Shown one piece after another: positions 41,765-57,274 of a DNA stretch of 64,000 nt. Source of the stretch: Chlorokybus atmophyticus (taxonomy: Eukaryota > Plantae > Mesostigma and Chlorokybus algae); the NCBI GenBank assembly GCA_009103225.1, contig RHPI01003330.1:194472-258471 (forward strand). Reading direction: 5' to 3'. Below the pieces are notes generated by a model. That model was given only the letters and a program-made list of their open reading frames with translations, had not been told where the DNA came from and did not search any database. The first letter of the stretch is position 1; every line of letters begins with the position of its first letter. The position numbers were made by a program, and so were the translations under genes.

Positions 41765-44700
41765 TTAGGCAGCTACTGGCTCTTCCAGTCCATTGGACTC
41801 CGCATCAAGAAACTCTCTATCGTCACCGTCTGCATAGACAAAAGGAAGCAAATGTGACAAGCCTAGCCGCAGAACTGTTGCACATAGGCATGGTGCAACA
41901 CAAACAGGCACAAGAGATGTGCAATGACAACACACACCTGACGCGCCATTTGTCATGGGTGCCTCAGCACCATCCTGGACATGCGCTTTGATCAGTTCTG
42001 GTGTTGCTTTGGCTGGTTCAGGTGCCTGTTCCTCAGGAGGTAGCAAAACTGTCAACATTGCGCTTATGTCCTCTGGTAGCCGGTTGATAAGGTCACAAGC
42101 CGCGACGTCTTTCCTATTGCGGATACCCAGCAGGCGTGGATCGGTCTTGATGAACTTTGACGCGGTTGCAAAGAAGTACGCTTGCTGTTCGCTGAACACC
42201 CCAACCGCTGACTCACTGCTCCCTGCCAACAGCTGCAAAGAACAAATAGCAGGTTGGTCAATTGGTCCATCTTGCAATAAGATGGACCAATTCCTACTGT
42301 GAACTGTGTTGGAGGTTGGGAGCTTATAGTCAACACATGTACTGGCAACTTCTTGCCAAGTACTATCACCTGTAGAGCCACGTGCAACGGAGTGTCCCCA
42401 TCCTCATCCACAGCCAGTATGCCATCTGGATCAGCGACATCAAGCAGCAGGTCACGGGCATCGGGACAGTTCCTGGTGGCAGCAACATGCAGAGGTGTCG
42501 CTCCGCGCGCATTGCGAGCCATCAGTGATGCTCCATTGTTGATCAATACCACTGCAGCACGGTCGTTGCCACACAGAAGGGCCTGATGCAGCGCTGTGTT
42601 CAACGACTTGGGCTGGCAAGCGTTGGGATGTGCTCCAGCACGAAGCAGCAGCCCCAACAAAGGTGCCGAGTGTGTAGGGTGACTGAGGCAAGCCAGTAGT
42701 GGTGTGTCACCGTCCTCATCAAGTGCTTCAACATCAACTCCCGGCACTGCCAACAACAGCCGCATGCACTCCCCATTGCCGGCCACACAGCAGCGATGCA
42801 AGGCATTGGCGCCCCTGACCACAGTATTGATTGCAGCTGCCTGCATTTCTGGGGTTTCAGCTTCCGCCAACACCTCCTTCAATGCATCCGCGGCTGCTTC
42901 GAGTGCCTTGTCATCGCTTCTCCTGGCAGCTCTACCCAAAGCCGTGGTGATGCGCACCACATTGGGCACGAGGGCTTCCTCAACACCCAGCCTTTCCAGC
43001 TCGGCCGCGAGCTCCTCTTCGCTCTCTTTACTGTCAAAAGCGAAGTTGGGCGAGGCCAGAGGCGCCTGCGAGCTTTCACCCGGCCAAGCACGCAAGTGAT
43101 TTTGGAAAATGGCCAGCAGCTCCTTGGCTGTTGGGCGCCGGGCAGGGTCTCGTTCGAAGCAACGGGGGAGGACAGCTTCCAACTCGTCCGGGAAGAAGCC
43201 GCTTGGGATTGTGCCTGGCAGCTCGGATCCAGACACAACAGTGTCTTGAATGCCGGAAGTGCTCTCACTGTCCACCCACGGGGGATCTCCAGTGGCCATT
43301 TCGAGTAAAGTGCACGCCAGTCCCCAGACATCGGCTGCAGCGGTGATTATGGGACCTTTCTGCCACTGCTCTGGTGCCAAGTACCGCGCGCGCCACAGCG
43401 ACGGGTGAAGCGTGCGTCGTGAGCTGCCTATCCGCTCGCGCAGCGCTGCCACACCCACATCCGCCAGCAACGCACGTTCCCTCTCGTCCAGCACGAGGGT
43501 GGCAGGCCGCACGTCTTGTGCTACCAAGCCAGCGTCATGCAGTTCTGCCAGGGCCTTGCACACGTAAGCGCTGAAGCGTCGCACCTGTCCTGGTCTTAAG
43601 GCACCACCTGCCTCGCCCATACGCGACTCTACAGTGCTCTGCGTGTACCACCCTTGTTATGCCCCAGTTGCTGGCTACATGCTTTGCAATGTAATGATGC
43701 GACGGTGCACCAACACTACAACGTACCACATAAGGCTGTGTGATTGCAAGGAAGCTAGTGGATTTGCTGCAGACACCCAGCAGCTTCACCACAAACTTGC
43801 AGTGGAGCGATGCACCATGCAGCTTCAACAGCTCAGCCGCAAAGGCCTGCACTTCTGATGGGAAGAATTCCCCTGCCAGCCGATGCAATGTGAGCCTTTG
43901 TATCGCAATGAGGAATGGAACAACGTGTGCGTAGTAAACCGTTTCCTAATGAGCAACTTGATTGCAGATGCACGCATGAGTTCATACACATACCAATACG
44001 TCATATAATTGTAACTTAGTGCATCCCAAACGATGAAAGCCAAGAAACCATGCGCAACACACCTGTCAGATACTTGCGGATGCCAACGGGCATCAAAGTA
44101 TATCCTTGCCGGAGCTTTCCCAACCACACTTCGCCAACACCACCCGGAGCTACTGGTTCTTGCAGCTGTACAGCCTCAGGGTCAATCTCCCATGCCATGG
44201 CACCATCCAGTAGTTCTGACTCCACTCCTAACAAGAGAAAGAAACCTTGGCCCATGCTATTATATGTCAGTCAAAGGCAGGTCCCAACCACAGCTACTGA
44301 TGTCGCCACATTGCTGCAAGCTGGCTGTGCAAACAGACACATCAGGATTGTTTACCTTCGTTACCGCTGGATGCTTGCAAACCAACATTTGCAGCAGCGA
44401 TTGAAACGACTTTCTCAGCCTGTATCATCTCCTTCAGCAACTCTTTCAGTGCTTGAACAGACTTCAGAGGTGGCTGTCAACAACCCGGTTAACCACACTT
44501 GTCATGCGCTAGTGCAAGAAGGTACTGGCATTGGCTTTTCAGCACACCTGCGAAGCTTGCAAGAATGCTTCGCCATTGACTTCAAGCACGCAACCGTTAT
44601 ATCCTGACTGCGCCGTTGTGACATCCACCTCATGAATATCGCGCAGGACGACGCTTTTTGCCTGCAACCAAACACAAACAGCATTAACGGAGGCCTCACT

Positions 44701-46231
44701 GTGGACTCAAAGTGGACATCCACCTTGATGCCAACTCACCTCAGACTCTCCAAGATTGTGAGCATATAATCGACGTTCAGTGAGCAGAAGCCCGTCACGT
44801 GCCGACCGAGTGAACAGAGTATCATCAAGCAGCAGCAACGGTTCCTCACCTGCAGCAGCGAACATCAGTATTCATAACCAAGGAGTCGATGACTGATGTA
44901 CGCTGGGTTACGTACATGCAGTGGTGAACATGCAGTACCTGCGTCAATAGCGGGTGCTGCATATGTATCGAGTGCTGTCATAGCTTTGTCGATGGGCAGG
45001 AATGGAGTGATCTGTTAGCACAAGAGACCTGCCATTTGTAACGCACACACCAAGACAAAAGCAAGGAGAACAACTAGAATTGAGGGTAGCTAGTAATCAG
45101 ATATGTCATATGCAACCACTGTCAGCTACCAACAGAAGGCACAACCCATGCCTTGGTGTTTTGTTTGCGTAACCAAGCGCTTAAGCAACAGTACATGCAC
45201 TAACCGCAGTGGCCCACACAAGTACTGCTATGAACGACGCACTGTGTACGTTAAGTGTGCAACACCAGGAGACACCAGCAATGGTTGATAGCAGTCGCTG
45301 TACAGTCCCTCATTGGTGTGGCTTACAAGTACTTACATGCATGCCCTTTCCTTCCAGTTCACTGCGAAACATGCTGACGGCGTTCCGTTGCAAGAACCGT
45401 GTAGCTGATATAATCAACTGTTGTGGTGTCAGTCCAGCATACACCTGTAAACACCGACTGTCAGCAACACTGTTCTGGCCCTCAGCTTGACATTTCCAAA
45501 CAACAGCACAGAGACGTACATTTGGCAGAGGCTGTTGCAAGCACTCCACAATGCTTTCCAATAAGTGCACCAGTCGATCCACGCTCAACTCCGTGCCTGT
45601 GACATTGTCCAGGAACTTCTCGCCGTTGATGTGTATAGTACGCTCCGGAACAACTTCAACATTTGCAATGTCCTGCATATAAACAGTATAACCACTCCAC
45701 GCAAACTACCTATATTATGTGTTAAAAGATGTGCCTGGTTTAGGCCTGCATCCTGGCACTTACCTTGAGTGCAATGCATTTGCTATTCTCCCAGAAGTTG
45801 TGTGCGTAAAGATGCCGATGAGTAAGCAAGCCGCCCTCGCGCCCAGACCCCGTGAATAATGTGTCATCAATCAGCATCAAGATCTGCTCGTCCGCCGCCT
45901 GCGGCGCATACTTGCGTATAGCCTTGAGCGCCTTGTCACGAGGTATATAGGGAGCTACATAGACGTTCTTGCATTCTACAAAGGCGCTTCTCAATCGATC
46001 TACCACAAATGCCACTCTTTGCCTGCACCGCGCACACAACAGACACGGAAGCAGATGTCACGTGAGCTTGTTGGCATTTTGCGTTTAGCCTGCGGATGTG
46101 TTGTTGACATATTGATCAACAAAGAAAGTGAAGAACCACAGGGGTCGTACAACTGGATGGCAACACGCACACCTGTCAAAGATGTCCTCAAGGCTGCACA
46201 AGATTGTTTCGCACACTTCACGATTACTCAT
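41765..46231 (-). CDS. Pseudokinase plus ankyrin-repeat protein (KEG-like module) with an uncharacterised N-terminal domain; 5' end uncertain
   Basis: WEIDPEAVQL...GGVGEVWLG, ALAELHDAGLVAQDVRPATLVLD...LADVG, YLAPEQW, DVWGLACTLLEMATGDPPW, ARRPTAKELL, then ankyrins (DTPLLACL, NTALHQAL, ATPLHVAA, DTPLHVAL). Upstream exons (44350-46231) join in frame; possible further 5' exons to ~46860. Confidence 0.75.
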
Positions 46232-47028
46232 GGCTCCTGTTGGCAAGGCACGTAATCAAATCAACGTCACCCAGTTTGCTGACAACTTACATGACTGTAC
46301 ATGACTGAACATAACCTCAAGGCCAAAATCACTTGCAGAGTGCAAGCTCACCTTCGCCTCAACATGCCAGCAGGACCACACGTGTTTCTGCTCCTGCTCA
46401 CTTACTCAGAAACAGCTGCTTGCTCTGCGCTAATGCCAGCCTTCCATCTGCAGCGAAAATTCCTCTTGCATAGAGCACACGGGCAGTCATGAGGAGCTTG
46501 CATACAACATCCAGCACTGCACAGACGACAGCAGTGGCAGCAGCATGCCTGGCGTTCAGCTCACATTGCAAAGAAAAGAATCTCCTGACAAGCAGAAGTT
46601 ACTTAAATGGAAGCAACGCATGTAGACTCAGAAAAACACACCATGCCAATGTACATATACGAGTACTAGCTGCCTCCTGCGTGTTGACTGCACCTCACTT
46701 GGGTATAACAAGATGCCGCTAGCAACCGTCTTCGGCGGCGACGGAGCAGTGCTGGTAGTCTTTGACAGCAAGAGGATGAGGAGGAGTAGCAGCAGCACGC
46801 CCACCACGCCCCAGACCGCCGCCCACCGCCTTACCGCCGTGCAGCTTGCCAGCAACAATGCATTGACCTGCCAAACACGCTAAACGAGATACGATCGTAA
46901 CCAGCTTTGTCGCGTTTAGCTTACGCTATCTGCGTCATCTTGGATGACGTCAACGCTACTTCACACAGTGTAATCCGTGCGATCTGCAGGCCAATTACAC
47001 TCAACGGACGGCCAGTGTACGCAAGAAA

Positions 47029-47055
47029 TTAGGGTTAGGGTTGACGAACTTAGGG
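47029..47055 (+). promoter_or_regulatory. Telomere-like TTAGGG motifs (telo-box-like) upstream of NDUFS1
   Basis: TTAGGGTTAGGGTT at 47029-47042 and TTAGGG at 47050-47055 in a divergent intergenic region. Confidence 0.4.
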
Positions 47056-47251
47056 CTTGTCAGCAAGAGCAGAGCCGTGCTGGTGCTGGATCAGGTTGTC
47101 GCCGGGGGCCGCGGCAGCGGCGGTGTCGGCGGCGAGCTTGGGGTTACTGAACTAGGGGTGTTGCTTTGGAGGAGAAAGAGCACTTCTTCATCTGCGATCC
47201 GCTGGTGCTAGTTTGCTTTGTTGGTTGTGGCTCTGTGCTGCGCTCGCCATC

Positions 47252-50148
47252 ATGCAGAGGCTGCTGCCCGTCGCTGCGCGGGCTGCAACCCGCAGCCTGA
47301 CTGGGCGAAGTGCGTTGAGAAGCGCCATCGGTGGTCAAAGCAGGATTGCGTACAGCAGTGCTCCAGCAGCTGCTCCTTCGGATCATATGGAGGTGAGGAC
47401 GATGCCTTGCACGGTCTGATGGTTGTGGTATCACATGTATTTTACAAGAAGTGCGTAAGCCTGTTGATCTGATAGATGCACCGTACTTGGTCCAAGTGCT
47501 TTTCAGGACATATGAAACACTCAAGTTCATACCGGCAATATCATGCATTTTCACACAACCGCATACGCATGCGCAAGTGACAGTGGCAATAAGTTTCAAC
47601 AGCCGTTGTAGATTGCCGGCCAGTTGTAGCAGTAACGTTGGTGTGCGGGCTATGTAAGCTTGATGGTTGCTTTGCAATCGTTCTGCACGCAGTCCGTGTT
47701 TTGCATACAACTTGCAGTTGCAGGTTCCATTGCAGTACTCAACACTTGCTGCTTCATGCTGACCATTATAAAGCAGCAAGTGGTCAGTAAGCATAGAACT
47801 CTGCTGCTGCAATCTGTGCCATGAATGGGGATGGTCTCAGCAGACATTATTTAACGGCATTGTCACTGCAGGTGTTTGTGGATGGTGACTCTGTGCAAGT
47901 ACCAAAAGGTGTCACAGTACTTCAAGCATGCGAAGCCGCGGGCATTGACATCCCGCGCTTCTGCTACCACCAGCGGCTATCTATTGCTGGCAACTGCCGC
48001 ATGTGCCTGGTCGAGGTTAGTATGCCAGCGTGAGTTGTTGCAACTCAGTGTGCCTTTTGACTTATGCGCGCTTGTTTCTGTGGTACTTTTGTTTTTGCTG
48101 CTCACTTAATTCTTGCACCAGGTTGAGAAATCTCCCAAGCCTGTTGCATCCTGTGCAATGCCTGCTATGCCTGGCATGAAGATTAAAACGGGAACTCCGC
48201 TCGTGAAGAAAGCCCGCGAGGGCGTGATGGAGTTCTTGCTGTTGAATCACCCACTAGATTGTCCCATCTGTGATCAGGGCGGTGAATGTGACTTGCAAGA
48301 TCAGTCTATGATCTACGGCTCGGATCGTGGTCGGTTCACTGAGTACAAGCGATCAGTGGTTGACAAAAACCTTGGCCCACTTGTCAAGACTGTTATGACA
48401 CGCTGCATCCACTGCACTCGTTGTGTGCGATTCTCTGCGGAAGTGGCTGGCGTTGAAGTGAGTTGTAGCGGGTCGTATATTGCCATTCGAGCGCTTCACA
48501 GCATTTGTAAACCTACACGCACCACAGTACCTGACAACAACTTTCACTTTTACAGGATCTTGGTATGACCGGACGTGGTACAAACTCAGAGATTGGCACG
48601 TATGTTGAGCGACTCATGAGCAGTGAACTGTCTGGAAATGTGATCGACCTTTGCCCAGTTGGTGCCTTGACCTCAAAGCCGTACGCGTTCACTGCCCGTA
48701 ACTGGGAGCTGAAGAGCACGGAGTCTGTTGACGTCTTGGATGCGCTTGGCAGCAACATCCGTATCGACTCGCGTGGGTCAGAGGTCATGCGCATCTTGCC
48801 ACGCTTGAATGAGAATGTCAACGAGGAGTGGATCTCAGACAAGACTCGTTTTGCATATGATGGACTGAAGCGCCAGCGCTTGACGGCACCCATGGTGAAG
48901 ACAGAGGGCAGTCTGGCGCCCACCACCTGGCCAAAAGCGCTTGAAGCAATTGCGGACAAGCTGAAGGGCTTGAAAGGTGATGAGATGATGGCGGTTGCTG
49001 GCAAGCTGGCAGATGCTGAGGCCATCATTGCACTCAAGGACTTCATGAACCGATTGGGCAGTGGCCGTCTTGCATGCGAAGGTGATGCGCCAGATGTGGA
49101 GGCAGACGTGCGCTCAAGTTACCTTGCCAACACTGGCATTTCGCGCATGGAGGATGCGGATCTGCTCTTGCTTGTTGGCACAGATCCCCGTACAGAAGCT
49201 CCAGTGTTAAATGCCCGTCTTCGCAAGGCCTCTGTCTATGGCAACCTGAAGGTTGCGCACATAGGGCCTGATCTCAAGCTTACGTATCCTAGCGAGCATC
49301 TTGGAACAGATGTCAACACACTCATTGAAGTTGCCGAGGGGCGTCATCCATTCTGCACAAAGCTGGCCAGTGCCAAGAGGCCAATGATTATTGTTGGCAC
49401 TTCTGTCATGAAGCGCACCGATCGCGACACCGTATTGTCTGCTCTCCATGAGATCACTGAGCATGCTGGTGTGGTGCGCGACGACTGGAATGGCTACAAC
49501 GTGTTGCATGTCAGTGCTGGTCGTGTTGCTGGCTTGGATCTTGGTTTCCTACCAGGACCACAGGCGGCTGTTACCAAGACCCCTGTGAAGTTCCTCTACC
49601 TGTTGGGCGCAGATGACTTTGACCTGTCCACAATCTCAGATGACGCATTTGTTGTTTACCAAGGACACCATGGTGACCGCGGTGCCCACAGAGCAGATGT
49701 CATTCTGCCAGCGGCTGCGTACACAGAAAAGGAAGGTACATATGTGAACACTGAAGGGCGTGTACAACGCACCAAGGCTGCTGTTAGCATCGTGGGAGAT
49801 TCGCGCGACGACTGGAAGATCATCCGAGCGCTGTCAGAGATTGCGGGGGTCAAGCTGCCTTACGACACAGTTGCTGGCATTCGAGCACGATTGGCAGAGA
49901 TCGCCCCGCACTTGGCTCGCGTGGATGCAGTTGAGCAGCCTCTCTGGCTCAATGGCGACGCATTGGCACATCACCCCAAGGGAGAGTTCTCAGACGCGCC
50001 TTTTGACAGGGCGTTCTCCAACTTTTACATGACTGATGCCATTTCCAGGGCGTCGAGAACCATGGCGAAGTGTGTTGCTGCTCGCGAAGCCGAAAAGAAG
50101 CGTGCGGAGCATGGTACAGGTATCCCCGCAGGTGTCAAAGCATTGTAA
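47252..50148 (+). CDS. NDUFS1: NADH:ubiquinone oxidoreductase 75 kDa Fe-S subunit (complex I), mitochondrial
   Basis: Presequence [14 protein letters not shown]; [98 protein letters not shown]. Confidence 0.98.
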
Positions 50149-51384
50149 CTGTACGCCCTCTTGTATGTACACTCGTGTCGTATATTAGACACATTAGGCT
50201 GTTGGTATTGAGACCATCACATTGTCCTGGTTTGTGGATGGATTACTGCAAATCTAGCTAGGTTGGTACGTAGGACCTCTGATGAACAGCGCTGCGGCTT
50301 AGCTGTGCCAGAACGGTGGTGCAAAGTGTCCAACATGTCAGTTACGAAAGTTCAGCTATTGTGATGTGTTGCCAAACATCAGCTTGTGTGTACTTGTACA
50401 GAAAATGCGGTAGGGGTATTGTACTTGTACCCTTCCGCTATTGGTCTGATTGCCTGCGTTTACCCACATTTCTGCTGGCAGTGACAAAATGTGTTAGTAT
50501 CCTGCCACGCTCACAATGATTATAAAACACAGAATTAAAACTTTTGCCAGCTTGCTACCTGATTGCAAGGATTTTCTGCAGTGAAACATTACCCTTCCAT
50601 GTAATTGTGTACAGTGCTTTACTACACAAGTTGTGTGCAGGTCATCTTTATCCAACGCTCAGTGCCATGATCATCATTTACAGCAAGGTTGGCAGCAGTC
50701 ACAACTTGAGTGCTGGTAAGCATGTTAACATGGATACGGTATGAAGGTATTAAGGTTGATGCTTGCTAAGTAAGCATCACTCAAAACATGGCTGAGTAAG
50801 TTTGAGTAGAGACAGACACATCGTAACGACAGGTTGGAGTACTCTATGCCATTCAAATTTTGTGACATATGCACAGCATTGCATATTTTCTACACTGTGC
50901 ATATTCAATAGATCTGGTTGGGGCTGATGTGCACAAACATCGTTGACAGAATGTATGATGTAGCATGAACTATTGACTATTCCCTAGAGTACCAAATGTT
51001 CTTCTGAAGGCCAATTGGTGTACAACTTCGCTGTGGCTAATGTTATCATAACATTGTGTCACAGGACGATGTTTGGTCATCTACAGATTTGATACTTCAG
51101 TGACTGCGTATCATAATGCAGTTAGGGCATGTGGCAAAATGGCAGGTGCACATAAATGTTCCCCTACACCCCAGTGCATAACCAACAAAGTGGAGAAAGG
51201 TACAATACTCCTAGTATTACAACGCACACAAGAAAATTGTCAACATACCCTCAACTACCTCAGCTCTACTTGTGCCAATGCTGGCGCCGACTACTCTTGG
51301 TACAAACTCCCACCTCGAAGCTTAGTGCGAAGGGTGGCTAACTATGTATCTGCAGGCTATTGAAGTTCTACTGCCTAGCTGGAG

Positions 51385-54056
<2,672 letters not shown>

Positions 54057-57000
54057 CAAAGCCGGCCCCGCCGACGACCCGCACCCCGCCGCCGCCGCAA
54101 CCTACTGGGCGAAGCTGCTAGTTGCTTGTGTCCACGCTGTGACACTGCTACTGCTGATGAACCTCTTCTGCTCTGGACCGAAGTTGTATGTTCAAGCGAT
54201 TGCTTGCAATCACCACAGGAGGAAAGCCTGCTATTCTTCTGGCTCGCATACACCGCGTATCGAACCATTTCCGCGGCTGACCGCGGCAATGGTGGCAAGC
54301 CGTGGTTAATTGTTAACCATCCGACCACGAGGGGCCAGGGTTTCAACCGGTTAGCCTGGTGTTACGGTCGAATTAACTGTCGCGACCGCTCTCGTTTGGT
54401 GGAAAGCGAGCGCGGCCTCCGAACCGAGGTTGCCTTTTGACTCGTTCTGGTTAGTTGGCACCGTGACACAAGCCATGAAGAGCACCGCAGCGATACGCAA
54501 TCGTGAGGGGCAGATCGAAAATCGACTGCCATCGACTGCCAGCTGCAAGCCCCCTTCCTCTCTCAGCCTGCCAGCCCTTGGCTGTGCTGCCGCGGACCCA
54601 CCGCAGAGGCGTGTCAGCATATTGGTTGGCATTGCGTTATGCGATAATTTGATTGACAACTGTTGTCCTAGTGGCTTGGCGGCTAACGGCGCTTTTCGTT
54701 GTGTGCCCCCGAGCGGATTGCAAACTGCCATGACCCGCCGAGTCATCAACCGCACGCGCTTTTCGAGCTCTCAAGCCAGGAGTTTGGGGGTCCCTCGGGC
54801 ATTGCAATCTCCGCGGGAGTCGCCACGCCTCCGATCTCTAGGAAACTCGGGACACAAAATGCCTTAAATGGCCACTGGCCAGGGATTGATTTCTCTGTGC
54901 AGGAAAATTCGGAGCTGCCATTTGTTCGGACGGCGCTGAAGGATCTGGATCTGGACCTTTTCCGCTCGTACGGACACTGACCGACCGCCCCTCCCGTGGT
55001 GCAACTTTCCCGCCAAAACGATAAACAAGGATTGGCTGGCGACAACTGGTAACAGAAGCGCACCCTGATCGTTAACGCCTGCGTCGAGCGGACCTCTCAC
55101 GGGCGGAGGCCTGCATGTCAGCAGTGTCTCCATTGAGAGGAAAACTCTGTTGACACGAATTGTGTCAAGTCGTGTAGTGTATTACTGTGAATGCACAAGT
55201 CTAAGCAAAGTCAGTGCCTTTTTCATAATTGATACATGATAACTTGGAACGGACTTGTAGGCTACAGAAGGCCTTTCGAAGTTGTGTCACATGCGTAAAA
55301 AGGCCTAGTTTATAAGGCCTTTCTACGTACATGAATGAGGAGTCAACGTGGTGCGTCATATATAAAAGTTTTCAACGGGATGTCTTCGTTTGATCACATG
55401 TTGCTGTACGAAAGCATAATATTGCGCAATAGTACGCTTTCAACTACAAAGACTTCGTCACTCAATGGCATTTTTTATTTAACATGCATTTCACTATTTT
55501 ATGTGTTATTTGCATAAAACGTATTATACGATGATTATATAATTAAAACGACACTATTTCACTAAAACGTTTTAACACAACCAATGCTTATTGGTATTGC
55601 ATTTATTGAAAATGTATTGTAACTTTTGTGCACATGCAAATGAGGTCCATATATGTTTCAACATAAGCTATAAATTTATCATAGCGTGCAACTTACACGC
55701 TAGGTTGAAGCGCGACGACTGTTCTTTAACAATTGGTTAGTATAAATGTAAATTAGCATCAATCATAAAACTTGGTATATTAAACAACCAATGTACCAAG
55801 TTGATAGTTGTTAATATATATATATATATGTGTATGTATGTATATATATACATATCTGCGAGTAGATACTAGGTATTACATAAGGCGTATTGGATGCATG
55901 CAAGCGGACCAACTCAACATGTGCATGCCCGCTTGCTATTTATTGTCATATCATGATATACAGCAAAATAGATGCATTAATGGGCTAGGGGGCATAGCTC
56001 ATTACACAGACTATCTCGTAAGTCCATCTCAAACCTATATTATGGATTTAATGTTATTAAATATGTGAGCTTACCATATCATATTGAATCATGCAAATTA
56101 TGGCACAATTTGCTCATAGCAAAAATTTGTTTTAAAATAATATATGTTGTCGACAATTTTAGTTGATGTGCATGTACACCATACAATTGCGTCAATTGAT
56201 CACATATATTAATCTTTGTAAATTGTGACTCGTATGACAGCAATACTATGCGAATAAAATGTCACGTGCTTACGTGCAATACACATATAAATATGAAAGT
56301 ACATGCTGATTGACAAAATGTTCACATAAGTGCAGCAACAATGGTTTACCAGCTAACAATNAGTATCTATAATCCCAAATGCCGTAATTGCTATAACGGT
56401 CGGAACATGGCTGCATGCACTTTGACAAGTTCAGCTTTCGCTGCAATGCGCTTGAAAAGAAGGGGGGGGGGAGAGGGGGGGGGTTTATTTGAACGTAGCC
56501 CGCATTAAATCCAATGCGAGGGCTTTTGTTCGATAGATATGGTATGTCAGGTTGCACATAACATGTACGCTGCATGAACAGACATTAGGGATTCCGTTTA
56601 AGATGTTGTCCTGAATATTCTCACCATCGCTAGCCGACAGCCATCTGCATTGCTTTTGTCCCATTTCGGTTGCATGTTGCGTGTGCAATATGAAAAGTAT
56701 CGAACTGCGGTTGTGTGGCGATCAACGTGCAAAAACGCAATAGTAACCTCCGTGGGGTGGGGGTGGGGGTGGAGTTGAAGACTTGTATGTCACAATGTTG
56801 ATGATTGATGTCGCCAGCTGTGTTCATCAGCAGATCTACCCTGCACACTTTGACAGATGCAATATGCCATAACTGCTGTGCCCACTACCCCCTGCTCCCA
56901 ACCCATCGGCGGCGTCAGCTGAGCTGATGTACGAGTGGCTGCGTAGCTGTTGCTTGAGTATGTTAAAACCTCGCTATCCCTACCTGAAGCAGGGCAAAGC

Positions 57001-57274
57001 GCGCTGCCTGTCCCTGCGTCATATGTTGTACGCATATTGCATGCTTGTTCGCCCCATGTGAGCCCCATGCATGTAGTGACACTCGTGCGCATTGCAAGTC
57101 CCCTGTCGAGCGCAACTGTAGCCCGCTGACGTTGCCATTGACGATAGCAGCAGTCATTGCGCAAGATTCGTGCACATTTACACTCTGATACGCTGCATTG
57201 CAAGCGCCGTATTGTGAGCGTCTCACGTTGCCTCAGCCCACTGGCGTCGCAACCAGCATTAGCATTGTGACCGT

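Noticed and set aside
55150-55168. TTGACAC-GAATT-GTGTCAA hairpin at an AT-island edge (Helitron end?)
   Set aside because: Only a 7-bp stem, expected by chance in 64 kb, and no CTAG terminus follows.
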